Shown here: positions 50,012 through 61,663 of the stretch, one piece after another
How the letters are laid out: every line of letters begins with the position of its first letter
Position numbering within the stretch: the first letter of the stretch is position 1
Notes under the pieces: model-generated
The model's database searches: none
Seen by the model: the letters and a program-made list of their open reading frames with translations, nothing else
Told to the model about the DNA's origin: nothing
Translations under genes and position numbers: made by a program
Origin: an uncultured Pseudomonadota bacterium
GTDB lineage: Bacteria > Pseudomonadota > Gammaproteobacteria > Burkholderiales > SG8-39
NCBI GenBank assembly: GCA_963834845.1
Contig: CAWICY010000003.1
Span: forward strand, 61,114-125,113
Direction of reading: 5' to 3'
DNA length: 64,000 bases

Positions 50012-51343
50012 TTACCGCTCAATAACCTGCACCCTAAGTGCATTCTGCCACATTTCGACCCGGGTGTCCAAGGACGAGAAGCTCGGGCCTTTCACCTTCA
50101 AGGAACCGTCAACAACCCGCGGCTGTCCGGCGACCCAGACATGGCTGACGTGCTCGCGCCCGGCGACATATACCAGATGCGAAACCGGGTCGTAGCAGGG
50201 TGCGAGCTCGGGTCCGTCGAGACGGACCGCCACGAGGTCGCCTTGCTTGCCGGCGGCGATTGAGCCGATCTTGCTGTCCAGGCCCAACGCGATGGCGCCG
50301 CCGAGCGTCGCCGCGCGCAGTGCTGCGTGCGCCGGCACCGCTGCCGCGTCGCGCGCCACCGCCTTCGCCAGCAGGGCGGCCTGACGCGTCTCCTGAAACA
50401 TGTCGAGCCGGTTATTGCTCGCCGCGCCGTCGGTTCCGAGGGCGACGTTGACGCCCGCATCGAGCAGCGCCGCGACCGGAGCGAAGCCACTCGCGAGCTT
50501 CAGGTTCGACGAAGGGCAATGGACCACCGAGCAGCCGTGTCGGCCGAGCATCGCTATCTCGTCCGGTGACAGGTGCACCGCGTGCACTGCGATCAGTCCG
50601 GGACCGAGCAGCCCGAGGCGACGCAGCCGCTCCAGCGGACGAACCCCGTGCTCGGCGATCGAACGCGCTACCTCGTCCTCGGTTTCATGCACGTGAAGGT
50701 GCACCGGCACATCGAGCTCGGCTGCGAGCCGCGACACCTTGCGGAAGCTCTCGTCCGATACCGTGTACGGAGCGTGTGGCGCAATGCAGAACGACAGCAA
50801 CTCGTGCTCGCCAAAGCGATCGCGCAGCGCGAGACCCTTGCGCAGATAGTCGTCGGGGTCGGCGGCATAGGCCGACGGAAACTCGATCACGATCGCGCCG
50901 AGCGCGGCGCGCATGCCCGCCTCCAGTGCTGCCTCGAGCGAGGCCTCCGGGAAGAAATACATATCGTTGAAGCAGGTCGTGCCGCCGCGCAACATCTCGG
51001 CGCAGGCAAGCAGCGTCCCGTCCTTCACGAACTGCGGCGACACGTGCTTCACTTCCGCGGGCCAGATGTGTTCCTGCAGCCAGCGCATCAAGGGCATGTC
51101 GTCGGCCAGCCCCCGCATGAGCGACATCGCTGCATGGGTGTGCGCGTTGACCAGACCTGGAATCAGCGCATGTTGCGCGAGTCGGATTTCGCGGTAAGCG
51201 GAAAAGCGCGTCGCCGCCTGTGCCACGGGCAGCACGGCCTCGATGCGGCCATCGCGCACGGCGACTGCGGTGTGCTCGAGCACGACGCCGTCGGGCTCGA
51301 CGGGAACGACCCAGCGCGGAAGGATCAGAAGCGGTTCGGGCAC
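50012..51343 (-). CDS. mtaD: TRZ/ATZ amidohydrolase (MTA/SAH deaminase-like)
   Basis: PGLVNAHTHAAM, APHAPYTV, HVHET, HCPSSNLKLASG, GTDGAASNN. Confidence 0.88.
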   Translation of the reverse strand: MPEPLLILPRWVVPVEPDGVVLEHTAVAVRDGRIEAVLPVAQAATRFSAYREIRLAQHALIPGLVNAHTHAAMSLMRGLADDMPLMRWLQEHIWPAEVKHVSPQFVKDGTLLACAEMLRGGTTCFNDMYFFPEASLEAALEAGMRAALGAIVIEFPSAYAADPDDYLRKGLALRDRFGEHELLSFCIAPHAPYTVSDESFRKVSRLAAELDVPVHLHVHETEDEVARSIAEHGVRPLERLRRLGLLGPGLIAVHAVHLSPDEIAMLGRHGCSVVHCPSSNLKLASGFAPVAALLDAGVNVALGTDGAASNNRLDMFQETRQAALLAKAVARDAAAVPAHAALRAATLGGAIALGLDSKIGSIAAGKQGDLVAVRLDGPELAPCYDPVSHLVYVAGREHVSHVWVAGQPRVVDGSLKVKGPSFSSLDTRVEMWQNALRVQVIER

Positions 51344-51372
51344 AAAGCAAAAGGCCCCGACTCGGCGGGGCC
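51344..51372 (-). terminator. Terminator of ompA-1 abutting mtaD start
   Basis: GGCCCCG-6 nt-CGGGGCC hairpin then TTTTGCTTT on minus strand. Confidence 0.6.
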
Positions 51373-51396
51373 CCGGTCATCCACCAAAGGGTGCAC

Positions 51397-52080
51397 CTAG
51401 CGCGGCGTGCCCTGGAACTCAATCACCACGCGCCGGTTGGGTGCCAGGCATTCGATGAGGGCCTTGCGGTTCTTCTGATTGCAACCGTGTTTGATGGGTT
51501 GCGTCTTGCCGAAGCCGTAGGTCTCGATCTTCGAACCGTCGATACCCTGCGACACGAGGTACGACTTGACCGCCTCGGCGCGCTTCTCCGAGAGCTGCTG
51601 GTTGTATGTCTGCGATCCGATACGGTCGGTATGGCCACTGACGTTGATGAAGCGAATCGTGCCTGCTTGGCGTAGTTTCGCAATCACTTCGGTGTCGATG
51701 TCTCGCTTCGCCTCCGGGCTCAGGGTGCTCTTGCCGAACGCGAATAGATGGTCGCTCGACAACGTTATGGGCTTCGGCGCGGCCGCGGGAGCAGCGGCAG
51801 GGGTCGGCGCAGGCGCCGGCGCTGCCATCGGCGCGGGTGCGGGCGCCGCGATCGGGGCCGCCATCGGCTTCTTCACCAGATCGGGATCGCACTCTTCAGT
51901 CGCCATCGAGGGTGACCAGTAGCCGGCGCGCCAGCACTGGCCCGCGCTGTTCCGCCACGGCGCATTGCCGCCCGCAGGCTCCGTCCAATAGCCTTCTTTC
52001 GATTGCGCTGCTGCGACACCGTAAGTGCCGCCGAGGACGGCCGCAAACATGGAGGCAAAAAGCAGCTTGGAGGTTTTCAC
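51397..52080 (-). CDS. ompA: OmpA/RmpM-family peptidoglycan-binding protein (copy 1)
   Basis: Signal peptide, WRNSAGQCWR, Pro-Ala linker, GHTDRIGS, NQQLSEKRA, PNRRVVIE; SD GGGAG. Confidence 0.92.
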   Translation of the reverse strand: MKTSKLLFASMFAAVLGGTYGVAAAQSKEGYWTEPAGGNAPWRNSAGQCWRAGYWSPSMATEECDPDLVKKPMAAPIAAPAPAPMAAPAPAPTPAAAPAAAPKPITLSSDHLFAFGKSTLSPEAKRDIDTEVIAKLRQAGTIRFINVSGHTDRIGSQTYNQQLSEKRAEAVKSYLVSQGIDGSKIETYGFGKTQPIKHGCNQKNRKALIECLAPNRRVVIEFQGTPR

Positions 52081-52374
52081 AGCATTCTCCCTGTCATGAT
52101 TGAAGCATACCCGAGCGGGTCTCGTGCCAGCGTCGAGCCGATGAGGCGAATTTAAGCATAGGGCAAGCCCTCACCACAAGCGCGAGCACCAACATTTCGC
52201 AAGTGAAAACCGTGATTTGCCGCGCTGCCATGGTGGCGCAAGGCCCCTCTGTCGGAGGCAACACGCCAGGCCGCGCGTGCTAAAATTTCCCGTTTTTCAC
52301 CGCTCCAATCCGGCCGGCCACATGGGCCCTGCGGAGAGGGTGCAACGGCCCCCCCCGCAATTCGCAAATCAAGC

Positions 52375-54990
52375 ATGGATCAATTCGCAAAAGAAACCCT
52401 CCCCGTAAGCCTCGAAGAGGAAATGCGCCGCTCGTATCTCGATTACGCGATGAGCGTGATCGTGGGGCGGGCGCTGCCCGACGTTCGTGACGGCCTCAAG
52501 CCGGTGCACCGGCGCATCCTCTACGGCATGAACGAGCTCGGCAACCACTGGAACCGCCCATACAAGAAATCGGCGCGCGTGTCCGGCGACGTGATGGGCA
52601 AGTTCCATCCGCACGGCGACGCCGCGATCTACGACACGATGGTCCGCATGGCGCAGAGCTTTAGCCTGCGCTACCTGCTGATCGACGGACAGGGAAATTT
52701 CGGCTCCGTAGACGGCGACAACGCGGCGGCGTCGCGCTATACGGAGGTGAGGCTCACCAAATTCGCGCACGAAATGCTGGCCGACATCGACCGCGAAACG
52801 GTCGACTTCGTTCCGAACTATGACGGCCAGGAGCAGGAGCCCGCGGTGCTGCCGGCGCGAGTCCCGAACCTGCTGGTCAACGGCTCATCCGGAATCGCGG
52901 TCGGCATGGCGACCAATATTCCGCCGCACAACCTCTCCGAAGTGGTCGATGCCTGCCTGCTGGTGCTGCGCCAGCCGCATTGCGCGATCGAGGAGCTTAT
53001 CAAGCTGATTCCCGCGCCAGATTTCCCGACCGCCGGGATCATCTACGGCGTTTCCGGCGTGCACGAGGGCTACCGCACAGGTCGCGGACGTGTGGTGATG
53101 CGCGCGCGCACCCACTTCGAGGAAATCGGCAAGGGCGACCGCCAGGCAGTGATCGTCGACGAGCTGCCCTACCAGGTCAACAAGAAAGCGCTGCTCGAGC
53201 GCATCGCCGAGCTGGTCACGGAGAAGCGCATCGAGGGGATTTCCGACATCCGCGACGAGTCCGACAAGTCGGGCATGCGTGTCGTGATCGAACTCAAGCG
53301 CGGCGAGATTCCCGAGGTCGTGCTCAACAACCTCTACAAGCAGACGCAGTTGCAGGACAGCTTCGGGATGAACATGGTCGCGCTGGTCGACGGTCAGCCC
53401 AAGCTGCTCGATCTGAAATCCATGATCGAGGCCTTCATCGCGCATCGTCGCGAGGTGGTGACGCGGCGCACGGTATTCGATCTGCGCAAGGCGCGCGAGC
53501 GCGGTCACGTCCTCGAAGGCCTGGCGGTTGCGCTGTCGAACGTCGACGAGGTAATCGACGCTGATCAAGCGCGCGCCGACCCCGGCCGAGGCGAAGCGCG
53601 GGCTGATGGCGAAGCCCTGGCACTCGGAGCTGGTGCGCGAGATGCTCACGCGGGCATCCTCTGAGCAATTCCGCCCTGCCGGCCTGGCGCAGGAGTTCGG
53701 CCTGAAGGCCGACGGCTACCGCCTGTCCGACGAGCAGGCGCAGGCGATCCTCGAGCTGCGCCTGCAGCGCCTCACCGGCCTCGAGCAGGACAAGATCCGC
53801 GACGAGTACAGGGAGGTTATGGAGGTGATCGCCGATCTCTCGACATCCTCGAGAAGCCCGCGCGCATCGTGGCGATCATCGCGGATGAGCTGGGCAGCAT
53901 CAGGGAAGAGTTCGGCGATGCTCGACGCAGCGAGATCGTTACGGTCGCCGAGGATATCTCGCTCGAGGACCTGATCGCGCCGCAGGACATGGTGGTCACG
54001 TTCTCGCACAGCGGCTACGTGAAGTCGCAGCCGCTCGCCGACTACCGCGCGCAGCGGCGCGGCGGGCGGGGGAGAATGGCAGCGGCGACCAAGGAGGACG
54101 ACTTCATCGAGCGGCTGTTCGTGGCGCATTCGCACGATAACTTGCTGTGCTTCTCCAGCCGCGGGCGGCTTTACTGGCTCAAGGTCTACGAGGTGCCGCA
54201 AGGCAGCCGCACCAGCCGCGGCAAGCCGGTGGTGAACATGTTTCCGCTCGAAGAGGGCGAGAAGATCACCGCCGTGGTCCCGGTGCGGGAGTTCGACGAG
54301 CATCACTACGTGTTCATGGCCACGGCGCATGGGACGGTCAAGAAGACGCCGCTGGCGGATTTCTCGCGTCCGCGACCGTCGGGGATCATCGCCGTGGGTC
54401 TCGAGGACGGCGACTACCTGATCGGCGCGGCGCTCACTGACGGCAGCTGCGACGCGATGCTGTTCTCCTCGGACGGCAAAGCGGTGCGCTTTGCGGAGGG
54501 GGAGGTGCGGCCGATGGGCCGTCAAGCGACAGGTGTGCGCGGCATGCGGCTCGGCAAGGGGGTGCGCGTGGTGTGCATGCTGGTGGCGAAGAGCGAGGAT
54601 CAGACGGTTCTCACCGCTACCGAGAGAGGCTACGGCAAGCGTACGCCGGTGAGGGAATACACGCGGCACGGTCGCGGTGGCCAGGGAATGATCGCGATCC
54701 AGACCTCGGAGCGTAACGGCAAGCTGGTCGGCGCGGTCATGGTGGACGACCGCGACGAGGTCATGCTGATCTCCACGGGCGGCGTGCTGATCCGCACCGC
54801 GGTCGCGCAGATCCGCGAGCAGGGACGCAGCACGCAGGGCGTGACGCTGATTTCGCTCGGGGAGGGCGAGAAGCTCGCGGGCCTGGAGCGCATCGACGAG
54901 CGCGACGACCAGATGAACGGCAACGGCGCCGACGGTGAGGACGCCGGCGATGCGCACGAGGAGGGGCCGTCGGGGGAGATCCTGCACTGA
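52375..54990 (+). CDS. gyrA: DNA gyrase subunit A (two apparent frameshifts, ~53558 and ~53838, probably sequence errors)
   Basis: [25 protein letters not shown], GyrA-box QRRGGRG; homology continues across three ORFs. Confidence 0.95.
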
Positions 54991-56072
54991 TGGCGCGCCT
55001 ATTCAACTTCAGCGCCGGTCCGGCGGTCCTGCCCGAGGAAGTTCTGGCGCGCGCCGGCGACGAGATGCTCGACTGGCACGGATCGGGCATGTGCGTCATG
55101 GAGATGAGCCACCGCGGCAAGGAGTTCATTGCGATCGCGGAGGAGGCCGAAAAGGACCTGCGCGAGCTGCTCGCCATTCCGGCGCATTACAAGGTGCTGT
55201 TCCTGCAAGGGGGCGCGACCCTGCAGTTCGCGCAGATCCCGATGAACCTGCTGAGCGGCAAGGGCGCGGCCGACTACGTGCTCACCGGCGAATGGTCGAA
55301 GAAGGCCGCCAAGGAGGCGAAGTCCTACTGCAACGCGCGCATCGCCGCGAGCTCGGAGGACCGCGGCTTCACCTACGCTCCGCCGCAGGGTGCGTGGAAG
55401 CTGAGCGCCGATGCCGCATACGTTCACTACTGCTCGAACGAGACGATCGGCGGTGTCGAGTTCAACTGGATCCCGGACACCGGCGCGGTGCCGCTGGTTG
55501 CCGACGCGTCGTCGCATATCCTGTCGCGGCCCCTCGACGTGTCCAGGTTCGGGCTGATCTATGCCGGCGCGCAGAAGAACATCGGGCCGGCCGGCTTGAC
55601 GATCGTCATCGTGCGCGAAGACCTCGTCGGGCGGGCGCAAAAGGGCACTCCGTCGGTCATGGATTACAAGCTGCAGGCCGACGCCGGATCGATGCTGAAC
55701 ACGCCCGCGACCTATTCGATCTACGTCGCAGGCCTGGTGTTCAAGTGGCTCAAGCAGCTCGGCGGACTGGCCGAGATCGAGCGACGCAACATCGCCAAGG
55801 CGCGCCTGCTCTACGACTGCCTCGATCGCGGCGGGTTCTACGGGAACCCAGTGGCGAAATCCGATCGTTCGCGCATGAACGTGCCGTTCACGCTGGCGGA
55901 CCCAACGCTCGACGGCGAGTTCCTGAAGGGTGCCGAGGCGCGTGGCATGGTGCAGCTGAAGGGGCACCGCTCGGTCGGGGGCATGCGCGCCTCGATCTAC
56001 AACGCGATGCCTCTGGAGGGCGTGCAGCACCTGGTGGAGTACATGAAGGAGTTCGAAGCGCGCCATGGATAG
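54990..56072 (+). CDS. serC: Phosphoserine aminotransferase
   Basis: [44 protein letters not shown]. Confidence 0.97.
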   Translation: MARLFNFSAGPAVLPEEVLARAGDEMLDWHGSGMCVMEMSHRGKEFIAIAEEAEKDLRELLAIPAHYKVLFLQGGATLQFAQIPMNLLSGKGAADYVLTGEWSKKAAKEAKSYCNARIAASSEDRGFTYAPPQGAWKLSADAAYVHYCSNETIGGVEFNWIPDTGAVPLVADASSHILSRPLDVSRFGLIYAGAQKNIGPAGLTIVIVREDLVGRAQKGTPSVMDYKLQADAGSMLNTPATYSIYVAGLVFKWLKQLGGLAEIERRNIAKARLLYDCLDRGGFYGNPVAKSDRSRMNVPFTLADPTLDGEFLKGAEARGMVQLKGHRSVGGMRASIYNAMPLEGVQHLVEYMKEFEARHG

Positions 56073-57266
56073 GGCTCAGACCGCGACGAAGACGAAACTC
56101 GAGGTGCTGGTGCTCAACGAGATTGCGCCGCTCGGGCTGCAGCAGCTTCCCGCGGAACGCTACGCGGTGGTGAAGGCGTCGACGGCTCCGGACGCCATCC
56201 TGGTGCGCTCGCGCGAGCTGCACGGTTACGAGTTCGGCGCGCGCCTCAAGGCGGTAGGGCGCGCGGGAGCGGGCGTCAACAATATTCCGGTCGCGGAGCT
56301 TTCCGTGCGCGGCGTGCCGGTGTTCAATGCGCCGGGCGCAAACGCGAACGCGGTGAAGGAGCTGGTTCTCGCCGGAATGCTGATGGCGGCGCGCAATCTG
56401 GCGCCGGCGCTCGATTTCGTGCGCGGCCTCGACCCGGCGGCGACCGATCTCGGCCGCAGGGTCGAAGACGGCAAGAAGCGGTTCGCGGGGATCGAACTGC
56501 CGGGGCATACCCTCGGCGTCGTCGGGCTGGGAAAGATCGGCAGCCTGGTCGCCGACGCTGCGATCCGGCTCGGGATGAACGTGCTCGGATACGATCCCGA
56601 GATCACCGTCGATGCCGCCTGGAGCCTGCCGTCGCAGGTGCGCCGCGCCGCATCCATCGAGGAAGTCCTCAAGGCAAGCCATTTCATCACGCTGCACGTG
56701 CCGCTGCACAAGCAGACGCGCCACCTGCTCAATGCAGGCAACGTCGGGCAGTCGCGGCCGGGCGCCGATTCTCCTCAATTTCTCGCGCGACGGCGTGGTC
56801 GACGATGGGGCGGTGCTCGCGGGCCTGCGCAGCGGCCGGCTGAAGTGTTACGTCACGGATTTCCCGAGCGCCGTTCTACTGCGCGAGCCCGGCGTGGTGG
56901 CGCTGCCGCATCTCGGGGCATCGACCGGCGAGGCCGAGGAAAACAGCGCCGTGATGGTGGTCAATCAGGTGCGCGACTATCTCGAGCACGGCAACCTGCG
57001 CAACGCGGTCAATTTCCCCGAGGCCTCGATGCCCCGGGAGTCCCCGTTCAGGCTGGCGATCGCCAACGCCAACGTCCCCGAAATGCTGGCGCGCATCTCG
57101 CACGTTCTCGGCGAGCCGCAAGCTCAACATCCACAACATGCTGAACAAGTCGAAGGGGGACATGGCGTACACGCTGGTCGACGTGGACAGCGAGGTGCCG
57201 CAGGAAACGCTCGACGGGCTACGCCAGATCGACGGCGTGCTCGCCGTGCGCTATCTTCCGCTGTAG
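56065..57266 (+). CDS. serA: D-3-phosphoglycerate dehydrogenase with ACT domain (apparent +1 shifts at ~56765 and ~57116)
   Basis: [59 protein letters not shown] across three frames. Confidence 0.9.
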
Positions 57267-57289
57267 CCGGGACCATACCGGGAAGGCGA

Positions 57290-58375
57290 ATGCGGGACGT
57301 GGACGACATCGGGAGGCTCCGCAGGCGAGATCGACGCCATCGACGACGAGTTGCTGGCGCTGTTCAACCGGCGCGCGGACCTGGCGCGGCGCATCGGCAG
57401 CTTCAAGGCGGGCGCGCCGGCCTACCGGCCCGAGCGCGAGGCCGAGATCCTGCGACGCGTCGCGCAGGGCAACCCCGGGCCGCTCGCCGGCGAGCGCGTT
57501 GCCGCGCTGTTTCGCGAGGTGATCTCGGCCTGCCGCGCGCATGGAGCATCGCGCTGCGCGTCGCGTACCTCGGTCCGGAAGGCACCTTCAGCGAGCAGGC
57601 GGCGCGCAAGCACTTCGGCCAAGCCGCGGAAGCGCTGCCTTCGGCTTCGGTCGACGAGGTCTTCCGCTGCTGCGAATCCGGAGCGGCGCACTTTGCCGTG
57701 GTGCCCGTGGAGAATTCCACCGAAGGTGCGGTGGGGCGGACGCTCGACCTGTTGCTCGTCACACCGCTCAGAATCGTCGGCGAGATCGAGCTCAGAGTGC
57801 AGCAGAACCTGCTGTCGCGCGCCGCGAGCCTCAAGGACGTGACGCGCGTCTATTCGCACGCGCAGTCGCTGGCGCAGTGCCATGCCTGGCTCAATCGGAA
57901 CCTGCCCGGCGCGGAGCGCATCCAGGTCGTTTCGAACGCCGAAGCCGCGCGGCGCGCCGGCGAAGAGAGCGGGGCGGCCGCGATTGCGGGGGAGAACGCG
58001 GCGGCGCGCTACCAGTTGAACGTGCTGGCGCGCTCGATCGAGGACGACCCGAACAACACCACCCGCTTCCTGGTGCTCGGCAGCCTCGAGCCCGCGGCCA
58101 CCGGCAATGACCGCACCTCGATGGTGATGTCAGCCGAGAACAAGCCGGGCGCGGTGCATGCATTGCTGTCGCCGCTGGCGGCGAACAAGGTGAGCATGAC
58201 GCGCATCGAGTCGCGTCCCGCGCGCGCCATGCGCGGCGCGCTCTGGGAATACGTGTTCTTCATCGACGTCCAGGGTCACCAGCAGGACGAGCCCGTCGCC
58301 GCGGCACTCGCCGAGCTGCGGCGGAAGGCGCCGTTCCTGAAGATCCTCGGATCCTATCCCGCAGCCATCGCCTGA
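57290..58375 (+). CDS. pheA: Chorismate mutase/prephenate dehydratase P-protein (apparent +1 shifts at ~57323, ~57541, ~57550)
   Basis: EIDAIDDELL..YRPERE (CM); VAYLGPEGTFSE, PVENSTEG, NTTRFLV, IESRP, LGSYP (PDT). Confidence 0.92.
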   Translation: MRDVDDIGRLRRRDRRHRRRVAGAVQPARGPGAAHRQLQGGRAGLPARARGRDPATRRAGQPRAARRRARCRAVSRGDLGLPRAWSIALRVAYLGPEGTFSEQAARKHFGQAAEALPSASVDEVFRCCESGAAHFAVVPVENSTEGAVGRTLDLLLVTPLRIVGEIELRVQQNLLSRAASLKDVTRVYSHAQSLAQCHAWLNRNLPGAERIQVVSNAEAARRAGEESGAAAIAGENAAARYQLNVLARSIEDDPNNTTRFLVLGSLEPAATGNDRTSMVMSAENKPGAVHALLSPLAANKVSMTRIESRPARAMRGALWEYVFFIDVQGHQQDEPVAAALAELRRKAPFLKILGSYPAAIA

Positions 58376-58402
58376 CGGCGCCCCATGGGAAGCCTACGCA
58401 CT

Positions 58403-59512
58403 ATGAACATGGACCTTTGCGAACTTTCGCCTTCGTACGTGCGGAGCATCGCGCCGTACCAGCCCGGGAAGCCGATCTCCGAGCTGGCGCGTGAATTCGG
58501 CCTCGACGAGCGGAACATCGTCAAGCTCGCTTCAAACGAGAATCCGCGTGGCATCGGGCCGCGCACGCGCGCCGCGATCGACGCCGCGCTCGGCGAGATC
58601 GCACGCTACCCGGATGGCAACGGCTACGAGCTCAAGCTTGCGCTGTCCAGGCGCCACAGCGTCGACATGTCCGCGATCGTGCTCGGCAACGGGTCCAATG
58701 ACGTGCTCGAGCTGGTGTCGCTCGCGTTTCTGGGCCCGGGTCGCTCGGCCGTCCTGTCGCAGCATGCGTTCGCCGTGTATCCGCTCGCCACGCAGGCGCG
58801 CGGCGCGCGAGCGATCGTGGTCCCGGCGAAGGACTATGGCCACGATCTCGAGGCGATGGCGAAGGCCGTCGATGAAGACACGTACGTGCTGTGGGTGGCG
58901 AACCCCAACAACCCGACCGGCACCTACGCGTATGCGCAGCAGGTCGAGGCGCTGCTACGCCGGGTGCCGGAGCGCGTCATCGTGGTGCTCGACGAGGCGT
59001 ACAACGAGTATCTGCCAGCGGACCTGAAAGGCGACTCGCTCAAATGGTTCAAGCGCCACCCCAATCTCGTCGTCATGCGGACATTTTCCAAGGCTTACGG
59101 GCTCGCCGGGCTGCGCGTGGGCTACGGTCTGGCGCATCCCTCGATCGCCGACGTCATGAACCGGGTGCGCCAGCCATTCAACGTGAACAGCCTCGCGCTC
59201 GCCGCCGCGGCGGCTGCGCTCGACGACATGGAGTTCGTGGCCAAGAGCTATGCAGAGAATCTCCAGGGTATGCGCCAGCTCGAGCAGGGCGCGAGGGCGC
59301 TCGGCCTGGAATACATCCCGTCGTTCGGCAATTTCGTCACCATCCGCGTGGGCAAGGCCGCGGAAATCTACAAGCGGCTCTTGCGCAGGGGCGTGATCGT
59401 GCGGCCGGTAGGGGGCGGCTACGAGCTGCCCGAGCACCTGCGCGTGACGTCGGGAACGCCGGAAGAGAACGAGATGTTCCTGGCGGCACTCCGCGCAAGC
59501 CTCAGGGAATGA
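58403..59512 (+). CDS. hisC: Histidinol-phosphate aminotransferase
   Basis: YQPGKP, KLASNENP, NPNNPTG, DEAY, RTFSKAYGLAGLRVGY. Confidence 0.95.
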   Translation: MNMDLCELSPSYVRSIAPYQPGKPISELAREFGLDERNIVKLASNENPRGIGPRTRAAIDAALGEIARYPDGNGYELKLALSRRHSVDMSAIVLGNGSNDVLELVSLAFLGPGRSAVLSQHAFAVYPLATQARGARAIVVPAKDYGHDLEAMAKAVDEDTYVLWVANPNNPTGTYAYAQQVEALLRRVPERVIVVLDEAYNEYLPADLKGDSLKWFKRHPNLVVMRTFSKAYGLAGLRVGYGLAHPSIADVMNRVRQPFNVNSLALAAAAAALDDMEFVAKSYAENLQGMRQLEQGARALGLEYIPSFGNFVTIRVGKAAEIYKRLLRRGVIVRPVGGGYELPEHLRVTSGTPEENEMFLAALRASLRE

Positions 59513-60387
59513 TTCTCTTTGAGCGCGTCGCCGTTATCGGAGTCGGCCTGATCGGCGGTTCGTTCGGGCTGGCCTTGAAGCACGCGAAGGCCTGCGCGCA
59601 GATCGTGGGCTTCGGCCGCGACCCGCGCAACATGAAGCTCGCGCTTGAGCGCGGCGTCGTGGATACGGTCGCGGAGAACATCGCCGAGGCGGTGCGCGGT
59701 GCGGACCTGGTATTGCTGGCGACTCCCGTGGCGCAGTATCCCGCCGTGCTGGCCGCGCTCTCCCCGGCGCTCTCCGCCAGGACGCTGGTCACCGATGCCG
59801 GCAGCACCAAGCGTGACGTGGTGGCGGCGGCGCGCGCCAGCCTCGCCGGCAAGCTCGCGCAGTTCGTTCCGGCGCACCCGATCGCGGGCGCCGAGCTGAG
59901 CGGCGTCGCAGCGGCCAAGGTCGACCTGTTCCGCGGCAGGAAAGCCGTGCTCACGCCGCTCGCGGAGAGCTCGCCACAGGCGATCGAGCGCGTGGCGGCA
60001 GCCTGGCAGGCCTGCGGGGCGCGTATCCACCGCATGTCGCCGGAGGAGCACGATGAGGTATTCGCCGCCGTCAGTCACTTGCCGCATCTGCTGGCCTACG
60101 CATTGGTCCACGAGCTTGCCGGGCGCAAGAATTCGGCGCAGCTATTCGGCTACGCGGCCGGCGGCTTCCGCGATTTCACGCGTATCGCGTCGAGCCATCC
60201 GGAGATGTGGCGAGACATCTGCGTCGCCAATCGCGACACGCTGCTCGCCGAGCTGCGGCGCTTCGAGCAGGAGCTGGAGGCGGTGCGCGCGATGCTCGCC
60301 GCGTCAGATGCGGCCGGACTTGAGGCGCTGTTCGTCGCCGCGCGCGATGCGCGCAACCGCTGGCTCAGCGGCGAATTCGAGGACTGA
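59509..60387 (+). CDS. tyrA: Prephenate/arogenate dehydrogenase
   Basis: [45 protein letters not shown]. Confidence 0.93.
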   Translation: MILFERVAVIGVGLIGGSFGLALKHAKACAQIVGFGRDPRNMKLALERGVVDTVAENIAEAVRGADLVLLATPVAQYPAVLAALSPALSARTLVTDAGSTKRDVVAAARASLAGKLAQFVPAHPIAGAELSGVAAAKVDLFRGRKAVLTPLAESSPQAIERVAAAWQACGARIHRMSPEEHDEVFAAVSHLPHLLAYALVHELAGRKNSAQLFGYAAGGFRDFTRIASSHPEMWRDICVANRDTLLAELRRFEQELEAVRAMLAASDAAGLEALFVAARDARNRWLSGEFED

Positions 60388-60397
60388 GCGGAGCGGC

Positions 60398-61663
60398 ATG
60401 AACACGCTGCGGCTCGATCCAATCCGGCGCATCGCCGGTACCGTGCGCCTGCCCGGTTCCAAGAGCATCTCCAACCGTGTGCTTCTTCTCGCCGCGCTGG
60501 CCGAGGGCGAAACGCTCATCCGTCATCTGCTGGATGCGGACGACACGCGCGTGATGCTTCAGGCACTGAGTGATCTTGGGGTGAGGTGCGATCCCGGCAG
60601 GGTCGTAGGGGTCGGGGGACCCTTTCCCGTCAAGAAAGCCGATCTCTTTCTCGGCAATGCGGGAACGGCGTTCCGGCCGCTTACCGCGGTGCTCGCCTTG
60701 TGCGGCGGCGAGTACCGGCTCTCGGGCGTCGAGCGCATGCACGAGCGGCCGATCGGCGATCTGGTCGACGCGCTGCGCGCCGCGGGCGCGAGCATCGAAT
60801 ACCTGGGAAAGGGGGGCTATCCGCCGCTACGGATCCTCCCGGCGAGGATCGTTATCGGGAAGCCCATTGCCGTTCGAGGCGAGGCGTCGTCGCAGTTCCT
60901 CAGCGCGTTGCTCATGGCGCTGCCGCTCGGTGGCGGCGGCAGCGTGGAGGTCGTCGGCGAGCTGATCTCCAGACCCTACGTGGAGATCACGCTGAACCTG
61001 ATGCGCCGGTTCGGCGTCGAGGTGCGGCGCAATGGCTGGCGCTCGTTCGAAATTCCCGGCCGCGCCTATGTTTCTCCGGGTGAGATCCCGGTCGAGGGGG
61101 ACGCGTCGTCGGCTTCGTATTTCCTCGCGGCCGGCGCGATCGCCGGCGGCCCGGTGCGCGTCGAAGGCGTCGGTCGAAGCAGCATTCAGGGCGACGTTCG
61201 CTTCTGCGAAGTGCTCGAGCGCATGGGTGCAAAGGTCTCGACAGGGGATTCGTGGATCGAGGCCTCGTCGCAGGGAAAGCTGCGCGCCTTCGACCTCGAT
61301 CTGAATCATATTCCCGACGCGGCGATGACCGCCGCCGTGATGGCGCTGTTCGCGAGCGGTCCGAGCACGATCCGCAACGTCGCAAGCTGGCGTATCAAGG
61401 AAACCGACCGCCTGGCAGCGATGGCCACCGAGCTGCGCAAGCTCGGCGCGAAGGTGGAGGAAGGGGCCGATTACCTGCGCGTCGAGCCGCCCGCTCGCCT
61501 GTGCGCGGACGTCGCGATCGACACCTATGACGACCACCGCATGGCGATGTGCTTCTCGCTGGTGCCACTCGGGGGCGTACCGGTGCGCATCAACGATCCG
61601 GATTGCGTCGCCAAGACCTATCCGGAGTACTTCAAGGCGCTTGCACAGTTGGTGCAGGCTTGA
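60398..61663 (+). CDS. aroA: 3-phosphoshikimate 1-carboxyvinyltransferase
   Basis: [44 protein letters not shown]. Confidence 0.97.
   Translation: MNTLRLDPIRRIAGTVRLPGSKSISNRVLLLAALAEGETLIRHLLDADDTRVMLQALSDLGVRCDPGRVVGVGGPFPVKKADLFLGNAGTAFRPLTAVLALCGGEYRLSGVERMHERPIGDLVDALRAAGASIEYLGKGGYPPLRILPARIVIGKPIAVRGEASSQFLSALLMALPLGGGGSVEVVGELISRPYVEITLNLMRRFGVEVRRNGWRSFEIPGRAYVSPGEIPVEGDASSASYFLAAGAIAGGPVRVEGVGRSSIQGDVRFCEVLERMGAKVSTGDSWIEASSQGKLRAFDLDLNHIPDAAMTAAVMALFASGPSTIRNVASWRIKETDRLAAMATELRKLGAKVEEGADYLRVEPPARLCADVAIDTYDDHRMAMCFSLVPLGGVPVRINDPDCVAKTYPEYFKALAQLVQA

Noticed and set aside
56612-58375. 587-aa ORF that looks like a SerA-PheA fusion
   Set aside because: The indels leave one frame open by chance; the middle is out-of-frame sequence, and serA has its own stop (57266) and pheA its own start (57290)
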